From positions 140 to 64,139 of the forward strand of contig JAACFI010000005.1 in NCBI GenBank assembly GCA_009937575.1: a stretch of 64,000 nucleotides of DNA. Direction: 5' to 3'. Below, one piece after another: positions 9,187 through 18,292 of the stretch. The DNA comes from Haliea sp. (GTDB taxonomy: Bacteria; Pseudomonadota; Gammaproteobacteria; Pseudomonadales; Halieaceae). Position 1 is the stretch's first letter. Each line of letters opens with the position of its first letter. A model generated the notes under the pieces. That model saw nothing but the letters and a program-made list of their open reading frames with translations, ran no database searches and had not been told where the DNA came from. The translations under genes and the position numbers were made by a program.

Positions 9187-10163
9187 GGCAGCAGATGCTG
9201 CACCGCGTCGCGCTCTTCGATCAGTTCCTGCTCGGTGGCAGTCATCTTGGCCTGGCTGAAATCCCCCACTTCCACGCCCTGGACGATACTCCAGTCGCCG
9301 CCCTCGCAGCGGCAGGGGAAGGAGTAAATCAGGCCCTCGGTGATGCCGTAGGAACCGTCGCAGTACACGCCCATGGAGACCCAGTCGTCTCCGTCAGTGC
9401 CCAGGGCCCAGCTGCGCATGTGACCGATGGCGGCATTGGCGGCGGAGGCGGCGGAAGACGCACCGCGAGCCTTGATGATGGCTGCGCCGCGCTGCTGGAC
9501 CAGGGGAATGAACTCCTCTTCGTACCAGGCCTGGTCAACCAGGCTGATGGCGGACTCACCGTCCACCCTGGTGTTGAGCAGGTCGGGGTACTGGGTGGCC
9601 GAGTGGTTGCCCCAGATGGTCATGTTGCTCACATCGTTCACGGTCTTGCCGGTCTTCTGGGCGATCTGGGTCATGGCGCGATTGTGATCCAGGCGGGTCA
9701 TCGCAGTGAAGTTGCGCGGGTCGATGTCCGGCGCGTTCCGCTGGGTGATCAATGCATTGGTGTTGGCGGGGTTGCCCACCACCAGCACCTTGATATCCCT
9801 GCTGGCGTTGTCGTTGATGGCCTTGCCCTGTACCGAGAAAATCGCGGCGTTGGCTTCCAGCAGGTCCTTGCGCTCCATGCCGGGGCCGCGGGGGCGGGCG
9901 CCGACCAGCAGTGCGTAATCGGCGTCCTTGAAGCCGGTGTCGGGGTCGTCGGTGCAGACGATGCCTGCCAGCAGCGGGAAAGCGCAGTCTTCCAGCTCCA
10001 TTCTTACCCCTTCCAGGGCTTCCATGGCGGGGGTGATGTCCAGCAGCTGCAGGATCACGGGCTGGTCGTCGCCCAGCATGGCGCCAGAGGCAATACGAAA
10101 GAGCAGGGCGTAGCCGATCTGGCCCGCGGCACCGGTAACGGTTACTCGAACTGGTTGTTTCAT
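9183..10163 (-). CDS. mdh: Malate dehydrogenase (326 aa, LDH/MDH type 2)
   Basis: [27 protein letters not shown] Rossmann N-terminus and [12 protein letters not shown]. Start at ATG 10163; the upstream 63 codons of the ORF-track version have no MDH counterpart. Confidence 0.92.
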   Translation of the reverse strand: MKQPVRVTVTGAAGQIGYALLFRIASGAMLGDDQPVILQLLDITPAMEALEGVRMELEDCAFPLLAGIVCTDDPDTGFKDADYALLVGARPRGPGMERKDLLEANAAIFSVQGKAINDNASRDIKVLVVGNPANTNALITQRNAPDIDPRNFTAMTRLDHNRAMTQIAQKTGKTVNDVSNMTIWGNHSATQYPDLLNTRVDGESAISLVDQAWYEEEFIPLVQQRGAAIIKARGASSAASAANAAIGHMRSWALGTDGDDWVSMGVYCDGSYGITEGLIYSFPCRCEGGDWSIVQGVEVGDFSQAKMTATEQELIEERDAVQHLLP

Positions 10164-10358
10164 CGCGAAGGGTTCCTCATGGGTGGAAAGGGATTTTTTC
10201 GGGGCGCACATTGTGGTGGCATTCGCCGCAAAAAACAAGGGAGCCTCGACCAGGGTCCAGTACCCGGGCTCCTTGCAACTGGTGGCTTCCCGCTGCTGGA
10301 CGTCACTACCCCATGCAAGTAAAATGCGCGCCAAATCAAGCACTAACGGCACAACAGC

Positions 10359-11201
10359 GTGCGTGAACTATCCCGCAAAGAAAAGACCGAGTTCAACAAG
10401 CTGCAGAAGCGGCTGCGTCGGAACGTCGGTAATGCCATCGCCGATTACAATATGATCGAGGCTGGCGACCGGGTGATGGTCTGTCTGTCAGGGGGCAAGG
10501 ATTCCTACGGCATGCTGGATATCCTGGTCAGCCTGCGCCACAACGCGCCCATCGATTTCGAACTGGTGGCAGTCAACCTGGACCAGAAGCAGCCCGGCTT
10601 CCCGGAGCAGGTGCTGCCAGACTACCTGTCCGCGCTGGGGATTCGCTACTACATACTGGAGAAGGACACCTACAGCATCGTCAGGGAAGTGGTGCCGGAG
10701 GGCAAGACCACCTGCGGTCTGTGTTCGCGCCTGCGGCGGGGGAGCCTGTACGGCTTTGCCACGGACATCGGCGCGACCAAAATCGCCCTGGGCCATCACC
10801 GGGACGATATCGTGGAGACCCTGTTCCTGAACATGTTTTTCAACGGCAGCCTGAAGGCCATGCCGCCCAAGTTGCTCAGCGACGACAAGCAGAACGTGGT
10901 GATCCGGCCCCTGGCCTACTGCAAGGAGAAAGACCTTGCGCGGTTTGCCGATTACAAGGCGTTTCCCATCATTCCCTGCAATCTCTGCGGTTCCCAGGAA
11001 AACCTGCAGCGGGTGCAGGTCAAGAAAATGCTGGCGGACTGGGAACGCGAGTACCCCGGGCGCACCGAGACGATTTTCCGCAGCATTCGGAACGTGGCGC
11101 CCTCGCAACTGGCAGACAGCGACCTGTTCGACTTCGCCAGCCTGCGTATCGAGACGGATAGGGATCTGCACGTACCCGCGATCCAGGTGGTTAATCTTTA
11201 G
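10359..11201 (+). CDS. ttcA: tRNA 2-thiocytidine(32) synthetase
   Basis: PP-loop CLSGGKDS, Cys motifs CGLCSRL and CNLCGSQ, GTG start. Confidence 0.88.
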   Translation: MRELSRKEKTEFNKLQKRLRRNVGNAIADYNMIEAGDRVMVCLSGGKDSYGMLDILVSLRHNAPIDFELVAVNLDQKQPGFPEQVLPDYLSALGIRYYILEKDTYSIVREVVPEGKTTCGLCSRLRRGSLYGFATDIGATKIALGHHRDDIVETLFLNMFFNGSLKAMPPKLLSDDKQNVVIRPLAYCKEKDLARFADYKAFPIIPCNLCGSQENLQRVQVKKMLADWEREYPGRTETIFRSIRNVAPSQLADSDLFDFASLRIETDRDLHVPAIQVVNL

Positions 11202-11809
11202 TGCAGGCTGATAAGCCGCTGCTGGCGGCAGAGTCCCTCACCCTGGAGCGGGGCGGCAGGGAACTGTTCCGCGAACTCTCTTTCGAGGTGCACCCGGGTC
11301 ACCTGTTCCAGGTGGAGGGGGCCAACGGTGCCGGCAAAACCAGCCTGATGCGGATTCTCGCCGGGCTGTCCCGCTACGGATTTACCGGTCGGGTAGTGCG
11401 AAGCGCCCCCATGCTGTACCTGGGGCACCAGAGTGGGGTCAAGGCCCTGCTGACCCCCAGGGAGAACCTTGCCTGGCACGTGTCGGGCTCGGGCATTTAC
11501 AGCGACCAACAGATCGAATCGGCGCTGGAACAGGTGGGGCTCTCCGGCTACGAGGATGTCCCCAGCCACGCCCTTTCCGCCGGCCAGCACCGCCGGGTCA
11601 ACCTGGCGCGCCTGTACCTGTCAAACTGTGCCCTGTGGCTGCTGGACGAACCCTTCACCGCTATCGACAAGGCGGGAGTGGCCCAGCTGGAGGCGCTGTT
11701 CGTCCGCCATGTCGAGCGCGGCGGCGCTGTGTTGATGACGTCCCACCAGTCGCTGCAGGTCGAGTATGAGGTGCGCTTCCTCAGCCTGCTCGAGGGGGTG
11801 GTGCTGTGA
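11201..11809 (+). CDS. ccmA: Heme exporter ATP-binding protein CcmA
   Basis: Walker A GANGAGKTS, LSAGQHRRV signature, WLLDEP Walker B. GTG start overlaps the ttcA TAG by 1 nt. Confidence 0.88.
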   Translation: MQADKPLLAAESLTLERGGRELFRELSFEVHPGHLFQVEGANGAGKTSLMRILAGLSRYGFTGRVVRSAPMLYLGHQSGVKALLTPRENLAWHVSGSGIYSDQQIESALEQVGLSGYEDVPSHALSAGQHRRVNLARLYLSNCALWLLDEPFTAIDKAGVAQLEALFVRHVERGGAVLMTSHQSLQVEYEVRFLSLLEGVVL

Positions 11810-12492
11810 GTGCACCGGGTCCCGCGGCATTCTGCCTGCGGCTGCTGCGGCGGCAGCTGGTGCTGGCGGTTCGCAGGCCCATCGAGATCGGCAACCCGTT
11901 GCTGTTCTTCGCCATGGTGGTGGCCCTGTTTCCACTGGGACTGGGGCCGGCGCCGGACCAGCTGGCCGGCTTCGCGCCGGGTATCCTGTGGATCATCGCC
12001 CTGTTGTCCAACCTGTTGACCTCCGACGCGGTATTCCGCAGTGATTTCGATGACGGCAGCCTGGAGCAACTGCTGTTGTCCCCGCAGCCCCTGTACCTTT
12101 CGGTGCTCGCCTATATCGGCGCCCACTGGCTGATCACCGGCCTGCTGCTGGCACTGGTATCGCCGGTATTCGCCCTGATGCTCAACCTGCCCGGGGAGGC
12201 CATCGGTTCGCTGGTGGCCAGCCTGCTGCTGGGGACCGGGGTCCTCAGCCTGCTGGGCTGCATCGGCGCTGCGCTGACGGTGGGACTGAAGCGTGGGGGT
12301 ATGCTGATCTCCCTGCTGATCCTGCCCCTTTATATGCCGGTGCTGATCTTCGGCAGTGCGGCGGTACAGGCGGCGGTCAACGGCAGCCCCGCGGGTCCCT
12401 ACCTGGCCCTGCTGGGGGCGATGCTGTCCCTGGCTATTGCCCTTGCGCCCCTGGCGATAGCGGCGGGCCTGCGGATCAGTGTCGATGCCTGA
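11806..12492 (+). CDS. ccmB: Heme exporter membrane protein CcmB
   Basis: 228-aa polytopic protein. GTGA overlap with ccmA. Position within the ccm operon. Confidence 0.85.
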   Translation: MSAPGPAAFCLRLLRRQLVLAVRRPIEIGNPLLFFAMVVALFPLGLGPAPDQLAGFAPGILWIIALLSNLLTSDAVFRSDFDDGSLEQLLLSPQPLYLSVLAYIGAHWLITGLLLALVSPVFALMLNLPGEAIGSLVASLLLGTGVLSLLGCIGAALTVGLKRGGMLISLLILPLYMPVLIFGSAAVQAAVNGSPAGPYLALLGAMLSLAIALAPLAIAAGLRISVDA

Positions 12493-12561
12493 TGACGGAT
12501 TGCGACGCAGGCCGGACAGCGAGTTGTCCCGCGCTGGGCTAACTGTATAATTGCCGCCTCT

Positions 12562-13308
12562 ATGTGGTCCTTCTTCCATAAACTCGGTTCCCCTCCCTGG
12601 CTGTATGGCATCTCCGGGTCCATCCTGCGCTGGTTGCTGCCGCTGACCCTGCTGGCGTTGGTGACGGGGCTGGTGTGGGGCCTGTTGTTTACCGCGCCGG
12701 ACTTCCGCCAGGGCAACAGCTATCGCATCATTTATATACACGTGCCCGCGGCGGTGGTGGCCCTGGCCGGTTATTACGTGATGGCCATCGCCGGGGCGAT
12801 CAACCTGATCTGGAAGATGAAGATGGCGGACGTGGCGATGAAAGCGGCCGCTCCGATCGGCGCGGCCCTCACTTTTATCGCCCTGCTGACCGGCGCCATC
12901 TGGGGCAAGCCCACCTGGGGAACCTGGTGGGTGTGGGATGCCCGAATCACCTCGATGCTTATTTTGCTGTTCCTGTACCTGGGGGTGGTGGCCCTGTACG
13001 AGGCCTACGACAACAAGGAGGCTGCGGGCAAGGCCTGCGCGGTACTCAGCCTGGTGGGTACGGTCAATATCCCTATCATCTACAAGTCGGTTGACTGGTG
13101 GTACAGTCTGCACCAGCCCGCCTCGATCAAATTCACCGGCGAATCCAGCATCGATCCCAGCATGCTGTACCCGCTGCTGCTGATGATCACGGCCTTCTAC
13201 GCCCTGTTTACCTGCTGCCTGCTGATGAATATGCGCGCCGAATTGCTGCAGCGCGAGGCCCGCACCAACTGGGTCAGGAAGCTGGCCCTGGCAGGGGGGC
13301 GCGGGTGA
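12562..13308 (+). CDS. ccmC: Heme exporter / heme-handling protein CcmC
   Basis: Trp-rich WWD motif WGKPTWGTWWVWDARIT. Confidence 0.9.
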   Translation: MWSFFHKLGSPPWLYGISGSILRWLLPLTLLALVTGLVWGLLFTAPDFRQGNSYRIIYIHVPAAVVALAGYYVMAIAGAINLIWKMKMADVAMKAAAPIGAALTFIALLTGAIWGKPTWGTWWVWDARITSMLILLFLYLGVVALYEAYDNKEAAGKACAVLSLVGTVNIPIIYKSVDWWYSLHQPASIKFTGESSIDPSMLYPLLLMITAFYALFTCCLLMNMRAELLQREARTNWVRKLALAGGRG

Positions 13309-13508
13309 TGTATTTCCAGAGTTTGGATGCGCTGCTGCACATGGACGGCCACGGCGTTTTCGTGTGGTCAGCCTACCTGATCACATCCGCGGTGATCGCG
13401 CTGATCCTGGTGGCACCAGGCCGCCGCCGGCGGCGTTTCCTGCGCCAGCTGGCGGGTGAAGTCAAACGCCAGCAAGCCGCCGCGGGCGACACACGAGGAG
13501 GTGATTAA
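13308..13508 (+). CDS. ccmD: Heme exporter protein CcmD (66 aa, single TM)
   Basis: [35 protein letters not shown]... Starts in a TGATG overlap with the ccmC stop. Embedded in ORF 13098..13508. Operon position. Confidence 0.8.
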   Translation: MYFQSLDALLHMDGHGVFVWSAYLITSAVIALILVAPGRRRRRFLRQLAGEVKRQQAAAGDTRGGD

Positions 13509-13957
13509 TGCACCCGGTAAGAAAGCAGCGTCTGATTCTGGTCTTGTTTGTGGTGCTGTTTTCCAGTGCTGCCATCGGCCTGGTAGTGTACGCCCTGCGG
13601 GGCAATATCAACCTGTTTTTCCCGCCGGCCGAGGTTGCTGCGGGCAAGGCGCCGGTGGGGCAGCCAATCCGGGTTGGCGGTATGGTCGTCGACGGCAGCG
13701 TCCAGCGCAGCAGCGACAGCCTGGCGGTGCGCTTTGAAATTACCGACTTCGAGGCCAGCGTGCCGGTGATTTACGAAGGCATTCTCCCGGACCTGTTCGA
13801 CGAGGGGCAGGGCGCCGTGGCCTCCGGCGTGCTGGATGCATCCGGGGTGCTGCAGGCCACCGAAGTGTTGGCCAAGCACGATGAGAACTATATGCCGCCG
13901 GAAGTGGCCGACGCACTGGAAAAATCCGGATACGACCACAAGGGGAACGCTAAATGA
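13508..13957 (+). CDS. ccmE: Cytochrome c-type biogenesis heme chaperone CcmE
   Basis: N-terminal membrane anchor, OB-fold region, heme-binding His context [13 protein letters not shown]. Confidence 0.92.
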   Translation: MHPVRKQRLILVLFVVLFSSAAIGLVVYALRGNINLFFPPAEVAAGKAPVGQPIRVGGMVVDGSVQRSSDSLAVRFEITDFEASVPVIYEGILPDLFDEGQGAVASGVLDASGVLQATEVLAKHDENYMPPEVADALEKSGYDHKGNAK

Positions 13958-15930
13958 TCCCCGAGGTAGGGCACTACGCCCTGATCGTTGCCCTCTGCCT
14001 GGCGGCGATCCTGGCGGTGCTTCCCGCCTGGGGCGCCTGGCGGCGCGACGTGGTGTCGATGGGCCTGGCGCCGGGTCTGGCGGTAGGAACGCTGGTATTC
14101 GTCGGCATCAGTTTCGCCTGCCTCGCCACAGCCTTCCTGCAGGACGATTTCTCGGTGAAGCTGGTAGCCAACAACAGCAACAGCCTGCTGCCGGCCGTCT
14201 ACAAGTTTTCCGCGGTGTGGGGTAACCACGAGGGCTCCCTGCTGTTGTGGGCGCTGATCCTGGCAATGTGGACCAGCGCGGTGGCCCTGCTAAGCCGGCA
14301 GCTGCCGCTACTGGTGCTGTCCCGGGTGTTGGCGGTGATGGGGGCGATCGCCGTCGGTTTCCTGTCTTTCTCCCTTTTCACCTCCAATCCCTTTGAACGA
14401 TTGCTACCCGGCGTCCCCGCCGACGGCAGCGACCTCAACCCGCTGCTGCAGGACCCGGGCCTGATTATTCACCCGCCGCTGCTGTACATGGGCTACGTGG
14501 GCTTCTCGGTGGCTTTCGCCTTTGCCATCGCGGCCCTGCTGGGCGGCCGGCTGGACGCCTCCTGGGCCCGCTGGTCGCGCCCCTGGACCAATGTGGCCTG
14601 GGCGTTTCTCAGCCTGGGGATCATGCTCGGCAGCTGGTGGGCCTACTACGAACTGGGCTGGGGCGGCTGGTGGTTCTGGGACCCGGTGGAAAACGCCTCC
14701 TTTATGCCCTGGCTGGCGGGGATTGCCCTGATTCACTCGCTGGCGGTGACCGAGAAACGCGGTCTGTTCAAGAGCTGGACGGTACTGCTGGCGATCTTCA
14801 CTTTTTCGTTGAGCCTGTTGGGGACCTTCCTGGTGCGTTCCGGGGTGCTGACCTCGGTGCACGCTTTCGCCACCGACCCGGCCCGGGGTCTGTTCATCCT
14901 GCTGTTCCTGGCCCTGGTGGTGGGCGGCTCACTCACCCTCTACGCCCTACGTGCGCCGGCGGTGAGCAGTCGTGTGAGTTTCGCCTGGGTCTCCCGTGAG
15001 AGCCTGTTGCTGTTTAACAACGTTGTTTTCCTGGTGGCGACCCTGACGGTACTGTTCGGCACCCTTTTCCCGCTGATCATGGACGCACTGGGGCAGGGCA
15101 AATACTCGGTGGGCCCGCCTTATTTCAACGCGGTGTTCGTGCCACTCATGGCCCTGTTGGCAACCTTCATGGGGCTGGGGCCGGTCTCCCGCTGGAAGAG
15201 TGACAGCGTCTCCCGTTGGCGCGGAGAACTGGCGCTGCCGGCGGTAGTGGCGGTCGCCTGCGGCCTGACCCTCCCCCTGCTTGGGGTGGAGTACAACCTG
15301 TGGGTGGCGCTGGCGGCCCTGCTTTCGGCCTGGTTGGTACTGGGCCTCGCCCGCGATCTCTGGTACCGGGTGCGCGGAGCCACCACCCTCGGGCGCGGAC
15401 TGCGTCGCCTGAGCCCGAGTTACTGGGGCATGCTGCTGGCCCATCTCGGTTTCGCCGCCTGCATCATCGGCATCGTCGCCACCAGCCAGTACAGCGTCGA
15501 GCGCGACCTGAAAATGCAGCCCGGCGACAGCCAGGTGCTGGCGGGATACCGCTTCGATTTCCTGGAACTGGCGCAGGTGCGCGGTCCCAACTTCGTCGCC
15601 GACGAGGCGCGTTTCCGGGTCAGCCGCGACGGAGACGTGGTGACCCACCTGGCGCCGCAGAAGCGGCGCTACCTGGCGAGTGGCTCGGTAATGACCGAGG
15701 CCGCCATCGATCCGGGTTTGTTCCGCGACCTGTACGTGGCCATGGGCGAGCCGGTGGGCGCCGAGGGCGCCTGGGCGATCCGCCTCCACTATAAACCGAT
15801 GGTGCGCTGGATGTGGCTGGGCGCGATATTTATGGGCCTGGGTGGCTTCGCCACCACCCTTGACCGGCGTTATCGCCGCCAGCGGCGCTCCGCCAGAGAA
15901 GGCCTTCAGGGGGCATTGCATGGGGCCTAG
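13954..15930 (+). CDS. ccmF: Cytochrome c heme lyase subunit CcmF
   Basis: 658-aa polytopic protein with WWD motif [18 protein letters not shown] overlap with ccmE. Confidence 0.92.
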   Translation: MIPEVGHYALIVALCLAAILAVLPAWGAWRRDVVSMGLAPGLAVGTLVFVGISFACLATAFLQDDFSVKLVANNSNSLLPAVYKFSAVWGNHEGSLLLWALILAMWTSAVALLSRQLPLLVLSRVLAVMGAIAVGFLSFSLFTSNPFERLLPGVPADGSDLNPLLQDPGLIIHPPLLYMGYVGFSVAFAFAIAALLGGRLDASWARWSRPWTNVAWAFLSLGIMLGSWWAYYELGWGGWWFWDPVENASFMPWLAGIALIHSLAVTEKRGLFKSWTVLLAIFTFSLSLLGTFLVRSGVLTSVHAFATDPARGLFILLFLALVVGGSLTLYALRAPAVSSRVSFAWVSRESLLLFNNVVFLVATLTVLFGTLFPLIMDALGQGKYSVGPPYFNAVFVPLMALLATFMGLGPVSRWKSDSVSRWRGELALPAVVAVACGLTLPLLGVEYNLWVALAALLSAWLVLGLARDLWYRVRGATTLGRGLRRLSPSYWGMLLAHLGFAACIIGIVATSQYSVERDLKMQPGDSQVLAGYRFDFLELAQVRGPNFVADEARFRVSRDGDVVTHLAPQKRRYLASGSVMTEAAIDPGLFRDLYVAMGEPVGAEGAWAIRLHYKPMVRWMWLGAIFMGLGGFATTLDRRYRRQRRSAREGLQGALHGA

Positions 15931-16459
15931 GCTCAAACTTTTCATCCCGCTGATCCTGTTCGCGGTCCTCGCCCTGTTCCTGTTCCGAGGTCTGGAACTG
16001 GATCCCAAGGAACTGCCCTCGGCGCTGATCGACCGTCCCCTGCCGTCCTTCGAACTGCCCGCCCTGGGTGGGGACAGGATGCTGCGCCGGGAAGACGTGA
16101 TCGGCGAGGTGGCCCTGTTCAATGTCTGGGCGACCTGGTGTGTCTCCTGCCGGGTGGAACACCCTTACCTGCATATGCTGGCGGAGCAGGGGGTGCCGAT
16201 CATCGGCCTCAATTACAAGGACGATGATACGGACGCCCTGCGCTGGCTGGAGGAGCTGGGTAATCCCTACCGCGTCAATATCGTCGACGCCCAGGGAACC
16301 CTGGGGCTGGACCTGGGGGTGTACGGTGCGCCGGAAACCTACCTGGTGGACGCGGGGGGCGTGATCCGCTATCGCCACGTGGGCGTGGTGGATGAGCGGG
16401 TGTGGCAGGATATCCTGCAGCCCCTGTACCGGGAACTCAAGACGGGGAGGGTCAACTGA
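15920..16459 (+). CDS. ccmG: Thiol:disulfide interchange protein CcmG/DsbE
   Basis: Membrane anchor [22 protein letters not shown] and thioredoxin motif WATWCVSCRVEHP. Start at ATG 15920, overlapping the ccmF end by 11 nt. Confidence 0.88.
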   Translation: MGPRLKLFIPLILFAVLALFLFRGLELDPKELPSALIDRPLPSFELPALGGDRMLRREDVIGEVALFNVWATWCVSCRVEHPYLHMLAEQGVPIIGLNYKDDDTDALRWLEELGNPYRVNIVDAQGTLGLDLGVYGAPETYLVDAGGVIRYRHVGVVDERVWQDILQPLYRELKTGRVN

Positions 16460-16938
16460 TGGCGGCATCCGCGCGTCTGCTCATGCTACTCCTGCTGTTA
16501 ACCGCCCCGGCCCTGGCGGTGATCGAGACCTACGAGTTCAGCGACGAGGAGCTGGAAAAGCGCTACCACCAGCTCAGCGGTGAACTGCGCTGTCCCAAGT
16601 GCCAGAACCAGAATATCGCCGACTCCAATGCGCCCATCGCCAGGGACCTTCGCCAGTTGCTGTACACGCAACTCGAAGAGGGTGCCAGCGACCAGGAGAT
16701 ACTCGATTACATGGTGGCGCGCTACGGTGAGTTTGTGCGTTATCGCCCCAGCTTCAGCAGCGCCACTGCGGTGCTGTGGCTGGCGCCTCTGCTGTTGTTG
16801 ATGGCCGCCGTGGTGGTCGTAGTTTTGACCCTGCGCGGCCGCCGAAATGCGGCCACCGGTGAAGGGGGCAGCGAACTGAGTGCCGAGGAGTCCCGGCGCG
16901 TGCAGGATCTGCTGGACGAGTCGGAGAAAGACGCTTGA
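16459..16938 (+). CDS. ccmH: Cytochrome c-type biogenesis protein CcmH
   Basis: Signal peptide MAASARLLMLLLLLTAPALA, LRCPKCQNQ CxxC motif, C-terminal TM. TGATG overlap with ccmG. Confidence 0.88.
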   Translation: MAASARLLMLLLLLTAPALAVIETYEFSDEELEKRYHQLSGELRCPKCQNQNIADSNAPIARDLRQLLYTQLEEGASDQEILDYMVARYGEFVRYRPSFSSATAVLWLAPLLLLMAAVVVVVLTLRGRRNAATGEGGSELSAEESRRVQDLLDESEKDA

Positions 16939-18146
16939 GCCTTTTCGTTATCGTTTGCGGCGCCCTGGTGCTGCTCAGCGCTCTGTTCTACCTGCGCCCC
17001 TTCCGGCGCGGCAGCGCTGCCGACCAGGAGCTGGACCGGGCCAACCTGGAGTGGTACCGGCTGCGCGAGGTGGAACTCGCAGAGACGGGTGACGAGGACC
17101 TGCGCGAAGATGCACGACTGCGCCTGCTGGAAGACGACCAGCAGGCTGCGGGCGACGGGTCGGTCGCGGCCGGTGGCTCCCGCAGCTTTCCACTTTGGTT
17201 ACTGCTGCCGATGGTGGCTTTTGCCTCCAGTGCCCTCTATTACTACCTCGGAGCGGCGGCGGATGTGGAGATCAGTCGCAAGTTGCAACAATTCGACGAG
17301 GGCAGCAGCGAGCAGGACATGCGGCTGCTGATCGACGCCATCGAGGCGCGTTCGACCCAGCGCCCCGACAACCTGCACTATGTGGCGCTGCTGGGGCGTT
17401 ACTACATGGGACAGCGTGACTACGGCAGGGCCGCGGACACCTACGGTGCACTTGCCGAGGAGTCGCCGCAGGATGCGCAGGCACTGGCCTATGCGGCCCA
17501 GGCCGAATTCCTGGCTGCCGGCCGGGTGCTGAGCGACGATGCCCGAATGAAGGCCGAGCAGGCGCTGGCGGTCAATCCGCACCAGCGCACCGCCCTGGGA
17601 TTGCTGGGCATGGCGTCTTTCGAGGAGGGTAAGTACCGCGCCGCCATCGAGTACTGGCAGCGTTTGCTGGCCATGGAATCCCCCGGTTCCGACAGTGCCA
17701 ACATGATAGCCAGTGTCATCGAGAGCGCCCGCCAACAGCTCGGTGAGGCACCGGCACAGCAACCAGCGTCCCAGGTGGTCGCAGACGCAGAGCCATCGGC
17801 CGCCGGGGTCACGGTGCGGGTTAACGCGCCTGAGGGGATCAATCCCGCGGATACGGTGTTTATCCTCGCTCGCAATGCCGACTCGGATAGCCGCATGCCG
17901 ATCGCCGTGCAGCGCCTGTCCGCCTCGCAGTTGCCGGTGACCCTGCGCCTGGACGACAGCAATTCCATGGCCGGGCAGAAACTGTCCGACACCGAGTCGG
18001 TGCTGGTGGTAGTCCAGGTGTCACCGGATGGTCGCCCCGGGGAGGCCTCTGCTTCCTGGTTGGGGCAGGCGGGACCCCTGGTACCCACCCCGGACGGGGG
18101 GCCGGTGGAGATTGTCCTGCAGCCCCGGGTTGGCCCCGAATCCTAA
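16935..18146 (+). CDS. ccmI: Cytochrome c-type biogenesis protein CcmI/CycH (TPR)
   Basis: Two N-terminal TM segments followed by TPR-like repeats (ALLGRYYMGQRDYGRAADTYGAL...). TTG start overlaps the ccmH stop; exact start uncertain. Confidence 0.78.
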   Translation: MSLFVIVCGALVLLSALFYLRPFRRGSAADQELDRANLEWYRLREVELAETGDEDLREDARLRLLEDDQQAAGDGSVAAGGSRSFPLWLLLPMVAFASSALYYYLGAAADVEISRKLQQFDEGSSEQDMRLLIDAIEARSTQRPDNLHYVALLGRYYMGQRDYGRAADTYGALAEESPQDAQALAYAAQAEFLAAGRVLSDDARMKAEQALAVNPHQRTALGLLGMASFEEGKYRAAIEYWQRLLAMESPGSDSANMIASVIESARQQLGEAPAQQPASQVVADAEPSAAGVTVRVNAPEGINPADTVFILARNADSDSRMPIAVQRLSASQLPVTLRLDDSNSMAGQKLSDTESVLVVVQVSPDGRPGEASASWLGQAGPLVPTPDGGPVEIVLQPRVGPES

Positions 18147-18292
18147 ATTTCTGTATTTCTCGCATTCAGGCATAGTGTTGTTCGATTAAAGCCTATACAC
18201 TATATGTTGTGTTCCGGTGGCGGGGTGAAGTAGGCGATAAACCGGAATAAACCTATAAAAAACAGCGGGATGCAGAAGATACCTCAAGTATT

